Positions 10,563 through 21,741 of a DNA stretch of 64,000 nt are shown here, piece by piece. Each line of letters opens with the position of its first letter. Within the stretch, counting starts at the first letter, position 1. This stretch comes from Alphaproteobacteria bacterium (GTDB lineage: Bacteria > Pseudomonadota > Alphaproteobacteria > GCA-2731375). Position numbers and translations under genes: made by a program. The notes under the pieces were generated by a model. The model saw nothing but the letters and a program-made list of their open reading frames with translations, searched no databases and was not told the origin of the DNA. The stretch is taken from the NCBI GenBank assembly GCA_965232515.1, contig CBDDPY010000002.1:5824001-5888000 (forward strand), read 5' to 3'.

Positions 10563-12407
10563 ATGAAGACCGTTCGTCTCACCATGGCGCAAGCGCTGGT
10601 GACCTACCTTACACGCCAGCGCACCGTTATCGATGGCCAGGAGCTGCCGTTGTTCGCGGGCGTGTTCGCCATCTTCGGCCATGGCAACGTGACCTGTCTC
10701 GGCGAAGCGCTGAATGATGTGCGCGAGGCCTTGCCGACCTGGCGCGGCCAGAACGAGCAGTCGATGGCGTTGGCCGCGGTCGGCTTCGCGAAGGCCAAAC
10801 GGCGCCGGCAGATCATGGTCGCCACCAGCTCGATCGGACCGGGCGCCACCAACATGATTACCGCGGCGGGCGTAGCCCATTCGAACCGCCTGCCGATCCT
10901 GATCCTGTCCGGCGACACCTTCGCCAATCGTATTCCCGACCCGGTGCTGCAGCAGGTCGAGCATTTCGATAACCCGACCACGACGGTCAACGATGCCTTC
11001 CGGGCCGTCAGCCGCTACTGGGACCGCATTACGCGGCCCGAACAGATCGTCGAGTCACTGCCGCAGGCCGTGGCGACCATGCTCGACCCGGCGGATTGCG
11101 GCCCGGCCTTCATCGGTCTTTCCCAGGACGCGCAGGGTGAGGCCTTCGACTATCCGGAAGTGTTCTTCGAGCCCAAGACGCATTTGGTGCGCCAGCCGCG
11201 ACCCGATCTGCGCGAGCTGTCGGCCGCGGCCGACCTCATGCGCGGCGCTAGGAAACCGCTGATCGTCGCCGGCGGCGGCGTTCACTACGCTCTCGGCGCG
11301 GCGGCGCTGGCCAGTTTTGCCACGACCCACAACGTGCCGGTCGTCGAGACCATCGCCGGTCGCGCGACGCTGCCGCACGACCATCCGATGAATGCCGGCC
11401 CGTTGGGCGTGATCGGCAGCGCGTCGGCCAATACGCTCGCCGCCGAGGCGGATGTCGTGCTGGCCGTGGGCACGCGGCTTCAGGATTTCACCACCGGCTC
11501 GTGGACCGTGTTCCAGAATCCGGCGATGCGCCTTATCGCGCTCAACGCAGCGCGCTACGATTCAACCAAGCATCGTGCGCAGCCGCTGGTCGGCGACGCT
11601 CTGGTCGGCATCCAGGAACTCGGCGCGTCGCTGGGCGATTGGCGGGCGCCGTCCGACTGGGCGGCGAAGGCGGCGTCGGAATATGCGACCTGGAACGAAG
11701 TCGTCGACCAGGCCACCGGACCGACGAATGCCGAGCTGCCGGCTTATGCCCATGTCGTCGGTGCGATCAATCGCAAGGCGGGCGACAAGGATCTGGTGCT
11801 GACGGCGGCGGGCGGCCTGCCGGGCGAGCTGGCCAAGAACTGGAAGGCGAAAACGCCGGGCACGTTCGACTGCGAGTTCGGTTTCAGTTGCATGGGCTAC
11901 GAGATCGCCGGCGGCTGGGGCGCCAAGATGGCGCGGCCCGACGACGATGTCATCGTCTTCGTCGGCGACGGTTCGTATCTGATGCTGAACAGCGATATCT
12001 ACAGCTCGGTCCTGACCGGGCACAAGCTGATCGTCGTGGTCTGCGACAATGGCGGGTTCGCCGTGATCAATCGGCTGCAGAATTTCAAGGGCAGCGCCTC
12101 GTTCAACAACTTGCTGGACGACTGCCGCGCCGAGAACGACGTGCGGGTCGATTTCGCCAAGCATGCGGAAAGCATGGGCGCCATCGCCGAGACCGTCGCC
12201 GGCATCGGCGAGCTGGAGCAGGCCTTCGATCGGGCCAAGGCCGCGGACCGCACCTACGTGATCGTCATCAAGACGCACCCGGCGGAATGGACGGAGGGCG
12301 ACGCCTGGTGGGATGTCGGCGTGCCCGAGGTCAGCCAACGCGAGGCGGTGCGCGCCGCCCGTGCCGAGCACGATGCCGGCAAGCGTCAGCAGCGCGTCGG
12401 TGTTTGA
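10563..12407 (+). CDS. iolD: 3D-(3,5/4)-trihydroxycyclohexane-1,2-dione hydrolase
   Basis: MKTVRLTMAQAL, IFGHGNV, PDPVLQQVE, EFGFSCMGYE, TPP motif GDGSYLM. Confidence 0.95.
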   Translation: MKTVRLTMAQALVTYLTRQRTVIDGQELPLFAGVFAIFGHGNVTCLGEALNDVREALPTWRGQNEQSMALAAVGFAKAKRRRQIMVATSSIGPGATNMITAAGVAHSNRLPILILSGDTFANRIPDPVLQQVEHFDNPTTTVNDAFRAVSRYWDRITRPEQIVESLPQAVATMLDPADCGPAFIGLSQDAQGEAFDYPEVFFEPKTHLVRQPRPDLRELSAAADLMRGARKPLIVAGGGVHYALGAAALASFATTHNVPVVETIAGRATLPHDHPMNAGPLGVIGSASANTLAAEADVVLAVGTRLQDFTTGSWTVFQNPAMRLIALNAARYDSTKHRAQPLVGDALVGIQELGASLGDWRAPSDWAAKAASEYATWNEVVDQATGPTNAELPAYAHVVGAINRKAGDKDLVLTAAGGLPGELAKNWKAKTPGTFDCEFGFSCMGYEIAGGWGAKMARPDDDVIVFVGDGSYLMLNSDIYSSVLTGHKLIVVVCDNGGFAVINRLQNFKGSASFNNLLDDCRAENDVRVDFAKHAESMGAIAETVAGIGELEQAFDRAKAADRTYVIVIKTHPAEWTEGDAWWDVGVPEVSQREAVRAARAEHDAGKRQQRVGV

Positions 12408-12410
12408 GCC

Positions 12411-13310
12411 ATGAAGATCAGATTGGGCGTCGCGCCGATCGCCTGGACCAACAGCGATCTGCCGGAACTGGGCGGGGACGTCAGTCTGGAGCAGTGTCTG
12501 CGCGAGAGCCGGGCGGCCGGGTATTCCGGTACCGAGACCGGCGTGAAGTTTCCCCTCGATGCCCGGACGCTCGGCCCCGTACTGGCCGAGCATGGCCTGC
12601 GGCTGGCCTCGGGTTGGTTCTCGGGCCGATTGCTGGAAGTGTCGCTCGACGAGGAAAAGCGCCGGTTGGAACCCCAGCTCGCGTGTTTTGCCGAGCTCGG
12701 CGCGCCGGTCCTGGTCTATGCCGAGACCAGCGGCAGCGTCCAGACCATCAGGGACCGGCCCGTCCGCGAACGGCCGCGAATGACGCCGGACGAGATCGCC
12801 AGGTATGGCGAGAAACTGACGGCCCTGGCCGAGCATATGCGGGATCGGGGCGTGCCCATGGCCTACCACCACCATATGGGCACGGTGATCGAGACGGACA
12901 CGGATATCGATGCCCTGATGGCCGGCACCGGCCCTGCCGTCGGATTGGCCCTCGATACCGGGCACGTGACCTATGCCGGCGGTGACGTGCTGGCGATCAT
13001 CGAGCGTCATGGCGCGCGCATCAACCACGTCCATTGCAAGGACATACGCGATGACGTTCTGGCGCGGGCGCATGCGGCCGATATGAGCTTTCTCGAATCC
13101 GTCATCGCCGGTGTCTTCACGGTGCCGGGCGACGGCTGCATCGACTTTGCCGGCGTCGCCCGGGGGCTGGCGGATGCCCGCTATCGCGGCTGGGTCGTGG
13201 TCGAGGCCGAGCAAGACCCCGAAAAGGCGCCGCCGTTCGAATACGCCAAGCTTGGCCACGCGCATCTGAGCGACGTGTTCGTCGCTGCCGGGTTCAAGAT
13301 TGCCCATTGA
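12411..13310 (+). CDS. iolE: myo-inosose-2 dehydratase
   Basis: [41 protein letters not shown]. Confidence 0.95.
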   Translation: MKIRLGVAPIAWTNSDLPELGGDVSLEQCLRESRAAGYSGTETGVKFPLDARTLGPVLAEHGLRLASGWFSGRLLEVSLDEEKRRLEPQLACFAELGAPVLVYAETSGSVQTIRDRPVRERPRMTPDEIARYGEKLTALAEHMRDRGVPMAYHHHMGTVIETDTDIDALMAGTGPAVGLALDTGHVTYAGGDVLAIIERHGARINHVHCKDIRDDVLARAHAADMSFLESVIAGVFTVPGDGCIDFAGVARGLADARYRGWVVVEAEQDPEKAPPFEYAKLGHAHLSDVFVAAGFKIAH

Positions 13311-13341
13311 TGACGCGAAATCCGAAGATGGAACGCCCGGG

Positions 13342-14151
13342 ATGTCCGATTTGAGCAAGCAGTTCGACGGCCAGATCGCCGTCGTTACCGGCGGTACGCA
13401 AGGCCTGGGCGAAGCCGCGGCGCGGTTGTTCGCCGCGCGCGGCGCGGCCGGCCTGGTGATCTGCGGCCGCAATCCGGAACGCGGCCAGCGGGTGGCCGCC
13501 GACCTGACGGCGGCGGGTTGCGAGACCCGGTTCGTTGCCGCCGACCTGGCCGACGTCGATGCTTGCGCCCGCGTGATCGCCGAGGCTGACAGGGCCTTCG
13601 GCCGGATCCATAGCCTGATCAACTGCGCCGCCATCACGGACCGGGGGACGGTCTGGGATACCTCGCCCGCGCTCTGGGACCGGCTGTTCGCGATCAATAC
13701 CCGGGCGCCGTTCTTTCTGCTGCAGGGCGCGGCCAAGGTGATGCGGCGGGAGGGCATTGCCGGCACCGTCGTCAACATCATCAGCATGTCGAGCCATGGC
13801 GGGCAGCCGTTCATTACCGCTTACAGCGCCTCCAAGGGCGCGCTGGCGACGCTGACTCGGAACGCGGCGTTCTCGCTGATGCGGGACCGGATCAGGGTGA
13901 ACGGCCTGAACATCGGCTGGACCGACACGCCGGGCGAGCACCAGATCCAAACGAACTTTCACGGCGCCGACGACGGCTGGCTGGCCGAGGCCGAGCGGCG
14001 GCAACCCTTCGGCCGCCTGATCAAGCCCGACGAGGTGGCCCGTGCCATCGCCTTCCTGGCGTCCGACGAATCCGGTCTGATGACGGGATCGATCGTCGAC
14101 TTCGACCAGTCGGTCCTGGGCGCCTACGAGGCGCCGCCTCAGCCGGCGTAG
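13342..14151 (+). CDS. SDR-family oxidoreductase
   Basis: [15 protein letters not shown]; start taken at MSDLSKQF. Confidence 0.88.
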   Translation: MSDLSKQFDGQIAVVTGGTQGLGEAAARLFAARGAAGLVICGRNPERGQRVAADLTAAGCETRFVAADLADVDACARVIAEADRAFGRIHSLINCAAITDRGTVWDTSPALWDRLFAINTRAPFFLLQGAAKVMRREGIAGTVVNIISMSSHGGQPFITAYSASKGALATLTRNAAFSLMRDRIRVNGLNIGWTDTPGEHQIQTNFHGADDGWLAEAERRQPFGRLIKPDEVARAIAFLASDESGLMTGSIVDFDQSVLGAYEAPPQPA

Positions 14152-15596
14152 GCCGGCGGCGGCGTGAACCCGCCGAACGTCTCGGCCAGGAGCTGGGCAA
14201 AGCGGATCGCCGTTCGCTCGCCGTATTCGGGCGCGACGATCTGCAGGCCGACGGGCAGGCCCGCTGGCGTCTGGCCGATCGGCGCGATCACCGACGGCAG
14301 GTAGACGGCGCCGGTCATGCCGGCCCAGAACAACTGCTGGAAATACGGCAGCGGCTTGCCGTTGACCGTCAGCGTGCGGGCATTGCTGTCCGCGCTCTGG
14401 TCGTGCGGAAACGCCGCCGTCACCGAGATCGGGCAAAGCAGCAGATCGTGGTCTTGGAAGAACTCATGCCAGCGGTAGCGCATATGCGTGCGCGCTTCAT
14501 TGGCCGCCAGCCAGTCGCGGTGATAGCCGACCGTGGCCCGCGTGGCGACCGCGCCGTCGCTGAAATCGTCGTCGGCCAGTCCGGTCAGCCGTTCCTTGGC
14601 CGCGGCAACGGCTTCCGGCGGTTGCCGGCTGGTGACGACGGCATAGAGCAGCCAGAGATAGATCCGGTGCGCCTCGGCAAAATCGATCTCCGGCCGCGCC
14701 GCGTCGTCGATCTCGGCGCCGCACTTGGCGATGACGTCCACGGCCCTCTGGATGCGATCGCCGACCTCGGGGTCGACGGGGGCGTGCTCTGAATCGGGCC
14801 AGACGGCGACGCGAAAGTCGCTCAGCTGCTGTTGCCGCGCCGGCGGCAGGTCGAGCTTCCAGCCGCCCGCTTGCAGTACATCCGGACCGGACATCACGTT
14901 CAGGGCCAGGTCCAGGTCGTCGGCGCTTCGGGCCAGCGGCCCGACCACGGAAATGTCCGACGGCGTCAGGATGCCCGGCATGGCGTGGCCGCGGGGCGGC
15001 AGAATGCCCCAGGTCGGCTTCAGACCGTAGACGCCGCAATAGTGCGCCGGATTGCGGATCGAGCCGCCGATATCGCTGCCGGCCTCCAGGCCGGTCATGC
15101 CGCTGGCCAGCGCCGCGGCCGAGCCGCCCGACGAGCCGCCGGGCGTTCGGCCGTGATCCCAGGGGTTGTTCGTGGTGCCGTAGACGTCATTGTAGCTCTG
15201 AAAGTCGGCCAGCAGGAGCGGCACATTTGTCTTGCCGAAGATCACCGCGCCGGCGTTCAGCAGGCGGTCGACCTGAACGGCGTTGCGGGGCGCGATGCTG
15301 TCCTTCAATGCCGGCACGCCCCAGGTCGTGGGCAGGCCTTCGATATCGAACGACTCTTTCAGCGTCATCGGCAGGCCATGCAGCGGCCCCCAGCTTTCGC
15401 CATTGGCGAGGGCTTCGTCCGCGGCGGCCGCCCGGGCCCGCGCGCGCTCGATGTCCGTGACGACAATGGCGTTGATGTCATCGTTGAAGCTGTCGACCCG
15501 GCTCAGATAGTGCTCGAGCAGTTCGACGCAGCCAATACGGCGTTCGGCGAGGTCGGCACAGAGCTTGGTGGCGGCGGAGAAGGCGATATCGGTCAT
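14139..15596 (-). CDS. Amidase-signature family amidase
   Basis: [31 protein letters not shown]. Confidence 0.93.
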   Translation of the reverse strand: MTDIAFSAATKLCADLAERRIGCVELLEHYLSRVDSFNDDINAIVVTDIERARARAAAADEALANGESWGPLHGLPMTLKESFDIEGLPTTWGVPALKDSIAPRNAVQVDRLLNAGAVIFGKTNVPLLLADFQSYNDVYGTTNNPWDHGRTPGGSSGGSAAALASGMTGLEAGSDIGGSIRNPAHYCGVYGLKPTWGILPPRGHAMPGILTPSDISVVGPLARSADDLDLALNVMSGPDVLQAGGWKLDLPPARQQQLSDFRVAVWPDSEHAPVDPEVGDRIQRAVDVIAKCGAEIDDAARPEIDFAEAHRIYLWLLYAVVTSRQPPEAVAAAKERLTGLADDDFSDGAVATRATVGYHRDWLAANEARTHMRYRWHEFFQDHDLLLCPISVTAAFPHDQSADSNARTLTVNGKPLPYFQQLFWAGMTGAVYLPSVIAPIGQTPAGLPVGLQIVAPEYGERTAIRFAQLLAETFGGFTPPPAYAG

Positions 15597-15741
15597 TTCT
15601 CGAAGCTTTATTCTGCGACCCGCGAGGGTCCGGGCAAGATTTCGTCGGCGACGCGCCGGGATGACCAGTATGGCGGAAATTGACGGCCGCGAAAATCGCC
15701 CGGTCGTCCGGTCGGCCGGTGGTCAGGCGCAATAGGCCGAC

Positions 15742-15757
15742 TTAACCCTTCATTCAC
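15742..15757 (+). promoter_or_regulatory. CtrA-like box upstream of the response regulator/che cluster
   Basis: TTAA-cccttca-TTCAC versus consensus TTAA-N7-TTAAC (one mismatch). Confidence 0.35.
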
Positions 15758-15878
15758 GCCGATTTTCTATCCTGAGCGTGTATGCGTGCCACAGGGGGCG
15801 GCGGCACGTTGTACCCAGCCCTGGTCGCCGTTCGGTGCGGCGACCGTGGTGCGTAGTGACCGCGAGCGTGATCTCCGA

Positions 15879-16469
15879 ATGTCAGAAATCGGCGAAAATC
15901 GTATTGGCCTATCGAGCAGTCCGCTGGAGCTGTCGCGGCTGCAGGTGCTCGTGGTCGACGACAATCTGCATATGCGCAAGCTGATCAAGACGATCCTCTA
16001 TGCGCTCGGGATCAAGGGTTTGCGCGAGGCCACGGACGGCGCCGAAGCGTTAAAGGAGCTTAAGACGTTTCCAGCCGATCTGGTGCTGACCGATTGGCTC
16101 ATGGAGCCCGTCGACGGAATCGAGCTGGTGCGTCAGATCCGCAACGGCAAGAACAGCACGAACGAGTATCTGCCCGTTGTGATGATTTCGGGCCATTCGA
16201 GCCGCGATGCCATCGTCCAGGCCCGCGACGCCGGCGTGAACGAGTTTCTGGTCAAACCAATCTCGGCCAAGGGGCTGTACCAGCGCATCGTCTCGATCAT
16301 TGAGCGACCGCGGCCGTTCGTACGCACGAAGAGCTTTTTCGGCCCCTGCCGGCGACGGCACAACTGGTCGCAATACACCGGGCCGGAGCGCCGCAATCTG
16401 GACGAAAACGCCGACGGTCCGATGTCGCAAGAGGATGTCAACGATTTGCTGGATGCGCTCGATGGCTAG
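15879..16469 (+). CDS. Receiver-domain response regulator with C-terminal extension
   Basis: VLVVDDN, LTDWLMEPVDG, EFLVKP; tail RPFVRTKSFFGPCRRR. Confidence 0.88.
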   Translation: MSEIGENRIGLSSSPLELSRLQVLVVDDNLHMRKLIKTILYALGIKGLREATDGAEALKELKTFPADLVLTDWLMEPVDGIELVRQIRNGKNSTNEYLPVVMISGHSSRDAIVQARDAGVNEFLVKPISAKGLYQRIVSIIERPRPFVRTKSFFGPCRRRHNWSQYTGPERRNLDENADGPMSQEDVNDLLDALDG

Positions 16470-16508
16470 ACGATCAGCGCCGAGCGGCGGATTCGAAAGG
16501 GATTGAAC

Positions 16509-17021
16509 GTGAGCGGAAAGTCAAAACGCCCGGCGTCGACATCCACCAAAGGCAAATCCTCGAAATTCGAGGAGATCAACCCGCCGAACACGCTGCGCGA
16601 CAAGGTGGGCAGCGGTTCGGGCATGAACCGCGCTTTTCTGGAGCGGGCGGAAGCAGCGATCGAGGATCTGCGTGTCGACTTCGAAGCGCATCTGTTCGAC
16701 GAAGTCGAGCGGATCACGACGATGTTCTCGGAGATGACGGCAGCCGGCGCATTCCGGCCGCGTGAACTCTATCTCGTGGCGCATGAGCTGCGCGGCGAGG
16801 CTGGCAGTTTCGACTACAAGTTGCTGAGTCAATTTGGCGATACGCTCTGCGAGCTGCTGCAGGACAAATCCGATCTGTCGCCGCGCGAGGTCGAGATCGT
16901 CGGGTCGCACATCGACGCCATGCGAGCGGTCGTCAGGCGGCAGGTCAAAGGCGACGGCGGCGTCGTCGGTCAAGAGTTGGCCGAAGGCCTTCAATCCATG
17001 GTGGTGATCCAAGACAGATGA
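16509..17021 (+). CDS. Hpt-like phosphotransfer protein
   Basis: AHELRGEAGSFDY resembles the Hpt HxLKGxAG motif; helical sequence. Confidence 0.72.
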   Translation: MSGKSKRPASTSTKGKSSKFEEINPPNTLRDKVGSGSGMNRAFLERAEAAIEDLRVDFEAHLFDEVERITTMFSEMTAAGAFRPRELYLVAHELRGEAGSFDYKLLSQFGDTLCELLQDKSDLSPREVEIVGSHIDAMRAVVRRQVKGDGGVVGQELAEGLQSMVVIQDR

Positions 17022-17224
17022 CGGCGCCACGCCGGAAGTGCGCGCGCTCTAACGGCGTCGTCCATAGTCAAACGACAGGCTCGCCAGCGAAGATCGTTGA
17101 TTTGCGTAGGACTTCATTAATGGAAAACCACTAATCATGCGTTGGGCAATTCCGGAATGTGCGATTTCCGATCGCGTCACTCCGGCCGAGAGGATTCGAT
17201 GCTGCCGATTAGTGGTTGATCGCG

Positions 17225-17539
17225 ATGATTGGTTTTGACTTGAAGACAAACGACGACGGCGCCGAGATCGAGCTGGCTTCCGTTATGGACATGCGCGCCG
17301 CCGAGCCGTTGAAGGCGACGCTGTTGGAAGCGCTCGCCGGACAGCAGCCGCTTTCGATCAAGGCCGACGCCGTCGATCGCATGTCGACGCCTTGCATCCA
17401 AGTACTGATCGCGGCGGCGACAGCGATGCAGCGCACGGAAATGCCTTTCAAACTGACCGGACCGAGCGACGCATTCATCGATGCCTTCAACGATCTCGGA
17501 TTGTTTCCGGTGCTCAAGCAATGGGACATCGAAAAATGA
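17225..17539 (+). CDS. STAS-domain chemotaxis protein (CheS-like)
   Basis: About 104 aa, DAVDRMSTPCIQVL STAS-like segment, ATGA overlap with cheY. Confidence 0.78.
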   Translation: MIGFDLKTNDDGAEIELASVMDMRAAEPLKATLLEALAGQQPLSIKADAVDRMSTPCIQVLIAAATAMQRTEMPFKLTGPSDAFIDAFNDLGLFPVLKQWDIEK

Positions 17540-17901
17540 CGATGCGTATTCTCACCGTCGACGACTCGCAGACCATGCGCGACATGTTGGCAATGACGCT
17601 CCAGGGCGCCGGCTACGACGTGCTTCAAGCCGAGAATGGCCAAGAGGGTCTGGACGTCCTCAAGGGCTCTGAAGTCGATCTGATTATCACCGACCTCAAT
17701 ATGCCGGTCATGGACGGCTTCGATTTCATCGAGCATGTCCGGTCCGACTCAATGCACAACGCGACGCCGATCCTGATCTTGACCACCGAGAGCGCGGGCG
17801 AGAAGAAGGAGCGCGGCCGGGCCGCCGGCGCGACCGGCTGGATCGTGAAGCCGTTCGAGCCGGAAAAGCTGCTCGGCGTGATCCGCAAGGTCAGCCCCTG
17901 A
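17536..17901 (+). CDS. cheY: Chemotaxis response regulator CheY (CheY1-type)
   Basis: ILTVDDS, ITDLNMPVMDG, ILTTES, GWIVKPF. Confidence 0.93.
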   Translation: MTMRILTVDDSQTMRDMLAMTLQGAGYDVLQAENGQEGLDVLKGSEVDLIITDLNMPVMDGFDFIEHVRSDSMHNATPILILTTESAGEKKERGRAAGATGWIVKPFEPEKLLGVIRKVSP

Positions 17902-17939
17902 CGTCGAATCTGTAACCCCGACGAACCTCCAGGCGTGTC

Positions 17940-20252
17940 ATGGACGATCTAGAACAATTTAAGCAGACCTATTTCCAGGAATGCGAAGAGCTGCTGGGGG
18001 ATCTTGAATCGCAGCTGATGGCATTGGAAGACGGCGAGCGCGATGTCGACGTCTTGCATGCGGCGTTCCGGGCGATCCATTCGATCAAGGGCGGCGCGGG
18101 CGCATTCGGCTTCGATCAACTGGTTTCGTTTGCCCACACCTTCGAGACGGTTCTCGACCTGATGCGCGAAGGTCAGGTCGAACTGACCGATGACAACGTT
18201 TCGACCTCGGTGCGCGCCGGCGATATTCTTGCCGACCTTGTCAATGCGGCGCAGGCGGGCGAACAGTTGCCGGCCGATCACGGCGCCGATGTGCTGCAGG
18301 CGCTGTCCGTGATCGCGGGCGGCGATGCCGGACCGCCGGCCGCCGACGGCGACGATGAGGACGACGGCGACCTCGACGATCTCGACTTCACGCCGGTCCG
18401 GATCGATCTCGAAGACGGCGCCGAAGCGCCGGCTGAAGCGAATGCCGATGCCGCTGGCGACGCATCGACGCCGGACGGCGAGGCGCTCGATCTTGATGGT
18501 GGGGCGCCTGCCGTTTACCGGGTGTCGTTCCGGCCGCGAACCGAGATGTTGCAGCGCGCCAACGAGCCGCTGCTGATCGTGCGCGAGTTGAAGGAGCTCG
18601 GCACGCTCACGGCGACCGCCGATGTCTCCGAGCTGCCGCCATTGCCCGCACTGCAGCATGATGCCGCTTATCTGTCGTGGACGTTCGAACTGGTAACGTC
18701 TCACGACCTGATGGCGCTCGAGGACGTTTTTGAGTTCGTCACGGACGATTGCGATCTGTCGATCGAGATCGTCGAGGACACGGCGGCGACCGGGGCGGAC
18801 GACGCGGCCGAGACGCCCGCGCCCGCCGCGGCGCCCGACAACGCCGAGCCGGCGGCGGCAAAAGAGAACGCGGCGGGCGACGAGGCCGCCGAGACCAAGA
18901 CCGATGGCAATGGCGCCGCGGCACCGGCGTCGAGCGACGGCGAAGCGGCGAAGGCCGATGCGCCGAAGCCGGCAGAGGGTAAGCCGGAAAAGAAAGAGAA
19001 GGCAAAGTCACAGTCGGCCGCACCGGCCGTCAGCGCGATCCGCGTCGACCTCGACAAGGTCGATCGTCTGGTCAACATGGTCGGTGAGCTGGTGATCACG
19101 CAGGCGATGATTTCGCAGCAATCCGACCAGGTGCTGGCCGACCGCTATCCCGATCTCGTGCGGGGCCTGGAGCAACTGTTTCAGCATACGCGCGGCCTGC
19201 AGGACAGCGTCATGGCGATCCGTGCGCAGCCCGTGAAGTCGGTGTTCTCGCGCATGCCGCGCCTGGTGCGCGAATTGTCGATGCAGATCGGCAAGAAGAT
19301 CCGTCTGGAGATGAGCGGCGAGAACACCGAGATCGACAAGACGGTGATCGAGCAGCTGAACGATCCGCTGACCCACATGATCCGCAATGCCTGCGATCAC
19401 GGGATCGAGGATCCGGAGAAGCGGACCGCGGCCGGCAAGTCGGCCGAAGGCACGATCCTGCTGTCCGCCGAGCAGCGCGGCGGCCGGATCGTGATCCAAA
19501 TCGTCGACGACGGCCAGGGCGTCAATCGCGAGCGGGTGCTCGCCAAGGCGGTCGAGAAGGGATTGGTTGCGGCCGATGCCAACCTGACGGACGAGGAAAT
19601 CGATAATCTGATCTTCTCACCGGGTTTCTCGACCGCCGAGTCGGTGTCGAACATCTCCGGCCGCGGCGTCGGCATGGACGTGGTCCGTCAGAACATTCAG
19701 AAACTTGGCGGCCGGGTCAGCGTCCGCTCCGAGCCGGGCAAGGGATCGAACATCATCCTGACGCTGCCGCTGACGCTGGCCGTGCTGGACGGCATGATCG
19801 TGCGGGTCGGCGGCGAGTCCTATGTGATCCCGCTGACCAACGTGATCGAGAGCCTGTCGCCACAGGAGGGCGATATCAGCCTGGTCGCGGGCGGCGGCGA
19901 CGTCATCAGCATCCGTGGTGAATACATCGAGCTCATCTACTTGAATCAGGTCTTCAGCATCGACAGCAACGGCTCGCAATCGAACGGCCTCGTCGTTCTG
20001 GTGGAAGTCGAAGGCGGCGGCAAAGTTGGCCTGGTGGTGGACGAGATCCTCGGCCAGCAGCAGGTCGTGATCAAGAGCCTGGAAGAAAACTTCGATCCGA
20101 TTCCGGGCATCGGCGGCGCGACCATTCTTGGTGACGGCAATGTCGCGCTCATTCTCGACGTGACGGGCGTACGGTCCCTGCAGGTCCAGGCCTCGGCCGC
20201 CAGCGCCGCCGAAAAATCGAAAGCCATTCAGATTGAGGAGTGCGTAGCATGA
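17940..20252 (+). CDS. cheA: Chemotaxis histidine kinase CheA
   Basis: Hpt FRAIHSIKGGAG, IRVDLDKVD, HMIRNACDHG, GFSTA...SGRGVGMDVV, C-terminal CheW domain. Confidence 0.97.
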   Translation: MDDLEQFKQTYFQECEELLGDLESQLMALEDGERDVDVLHAAFRAIHSIKGGAGAFGFDQLVSFAHTFETVLDLMREGQVELTDDNVSTSVRAGDILADLVNAAQAGEQLPADHGADVLQALSVIAGGDAGPPAADGDDEDDGDLDDLDFTPVRIDLEDGAEAPAEANADAAGDASTPDGEALDLDGGAPAVYRVSFRPRTEMLQRANEPLLIVRELKELGTLTATADVSELPPLPALQHDAAYLSWTFELVTSHDLMALEDVFEFVTDDCDLSIEIVEDTAATGADDAAETPAPAAAPDNAEPAAAKENAAGDEAAETKTDGNGAAAPASSDGEAAKADAPKPAEGKPEKKEKAKSQSAAPAVSAIRVDLDKVDRLVNMVGELVITQAMISQQSDQVLADRYPDLVRGLEQLFQHTRGLQDSVMAIRAQPVKSVFSRMPRLVRELSMQIGKKIRLEMSGENTEIDKTVIEQLNDPLTHMIRNACDHGIEDPEKRTAAGKSAEGTILLSAEQRGGRIVIQIVDDGQGVNRERVLAKAVEKGLVAADANLTDEEIDNLIFSPGFSTAESVSNISGRGVGMDVVRQNIQKLGGRVSVRSEPGKGSNIILTLPLTLAVLDGMIVRVGGESYVIPLTNVIESLSPQEGDISLVAGGGDVISIRGEYIELIYLNQVFSIDSNGSQSNGLVVLVEVEGGGKVGLVVDEILGQQQVVIKSLEENFDPIPGIGGATILGDGNVALILDVTGVRSLQVQASAASAAEKSKAIQIEECVA

Positions 20253-20749
20253 TTGAGGAAACTGCCGAAGTCGAACAGGAGGTCGGGACTCCCCGAGAGA
20301 TCGAGCACGTCGCCGGCAAGACGGTGCAGCTCATCTCGTTCTCGGTCGGCAAGGAAGCCTATTGCGTCGATATCATGGCCGTTCGCGAGATCCGGGCCTG
20401 GACGGGTACGACGACACTGCCGAAGACGCAGGACTTCGTGCGCGGCGTGATCAATCTGCGCGGCATCATCGTGCCCATCATCGACCTGCGCAAACGCTTT
20501 GGCCAGGGCCATACGGATCCGACCAAAACCCACGTCGTCATCATCCTCGCCATCGGCGAGCGGTTGAACGGCATCCTGGCCGATGCCGTCTCGGATATCC
20601 TGACGGTGCCCGAGGACGAGATCCACGCGGTTCCGCAGGCCGAGGGCGAGGCCGAGAACCCGTTCATCGACGGTCTGGTCACCAAGGACAAGCAGATGGT
20701 GGCGTTGATTTCGCTGGAACGGCTGATCGACCAGGCTGTCGTTCACTGA
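20249..20749 (+). CDS. cheW: Chemotaxis adaptor CheW
   Basis: VREIR, GVINLRGIIVPIIDL, DAVSDI. Confidence 0.95.
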   Translation: MIEETAEVEQEVGTPREIEHVAGKTVQLISFSVGKEAYCVDIMAVREIRAWTGTTTLPKTQDFVRGVINLRGIIVPIIDLRKRFGQGHTDPTKTHVVIILAIGERLNGILADAVSDILTVPEDEIHAVPQAEGEAENPFIDGLVTKDKQMVALISLERLIDQAVVH

Positions 20750-20798
20750 CATGCCGCCCGGCCGGCGCACCGGCCGTCGGCAGACCAAAAGGAATGCG

Positions 20799-20828
20799 AA
20801 GCGCCGACCGTCGGGTCGGCGCTTTTTG
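20799..20828 (+). terminator. Rho-independent terminator after cheW
   Basis: aagcgccgacc-gtcg-ggtcggcgctt followed by further T residues. Confidence 0.75.
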
Positions 20829-20938
20829 CATTGGCGGACCGTCTTGGATCGGTGTGTTGCGGATTCAGCGGTTTGGAGGGAAACGGCGTCGGCCATTCGG
20901 CCGATACATGCCCGTAGCGGCGCGGGCGCGACCGTGGG

Positions 20939-21283
20939 TCAGGAGGCTTGCTGGAACTCGAACGCCAGTTCCTCGCCGGCGCCCGCCGCCTTCTGGGCGC
21001 ACTCTCGGATCGCCTGCAGGATCTTGGCCTGATTGTCGTTGTTGGCGGAGGTCTCCAGCTGCTCGCAGAGCCGGGCCACCCATTCGCTCTCGTTCGTGTG
21101 AAAACTCGCCTGGGAGGTGGTGATCAGTCCAACCAGAATACCGCCCAAGCAGCCCCCGGCCTCGCGGATCTTGACGTTGTCTTCCGGCATTTCGATACCG
21201 GCGAGCCAGTCGATCAATTGAGAGCATTCCTGGCTGAATGTCTCGCCGTCCATTCCGGAGATCTTTTTCGTGTGGAGACTCAT
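20939..21283 (-). CDS. Hypothetical protein
   Basis: 114-aa ORF with ordinary composition and upstream GGAG/AAGGA; no recognised motif. Confidence 0.55.
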   Translation of the reverse strand: MSLHTKKISGMDGETFSQECSQLIDWLAGIEMPEDNVKIREAGGCLGGILVGLITTSQASFHTNESEWVARLCEQLETSANNDNQAKILQAIRECAQKAAGAGEELAFEFQQAS

Positions 21284-21741
21284 TCCTTAACTCCGAGGCT
21301 TCCGGCTCCGCTGGAGCGGTAACTGCTTGATCGACTTGCAACAAGGTCCAAGGCCGAACGCATCCGCCTCTGGTGCATGCCAGTCGCCGTAGACGCCAAT
21401 ATTGCCGCCAAGCTATTGCGAAATGCTTACTTGATTATCGCCAATTGACAGAATCGGCGGCACCGCCGGTTTGTTGCTTGTCTTCGACCTTCCAGGCCGT
21501 TCGGCAAGGGCGGCTTTACCGAAACGTAACCTCTGCAACTTAAGCATTCTTCTTCAAGGGTCGTTGTCTCATCGCTTGAGAGAAACCACGTGTTTTCGGT
21601 GTCATTCCTTCCGTCGGTGGAGCGCGACCTCGCGATTGAGGTCGTCAGGCCACCGGCGCACACGGCCGAGGCGTCGTCGATCGTTCGCTGGCCGGCGGCG
21701 CAAGGTGACGCGATCTCACGACAACATGGACGAGATCTCTA

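Noticed and set aside
18780-19030. Ala/Asp/Glu/Pro/Lys-rich low-complexity stretch in cheA
   Set aside because: Ordinary flexible linker between CheA domains
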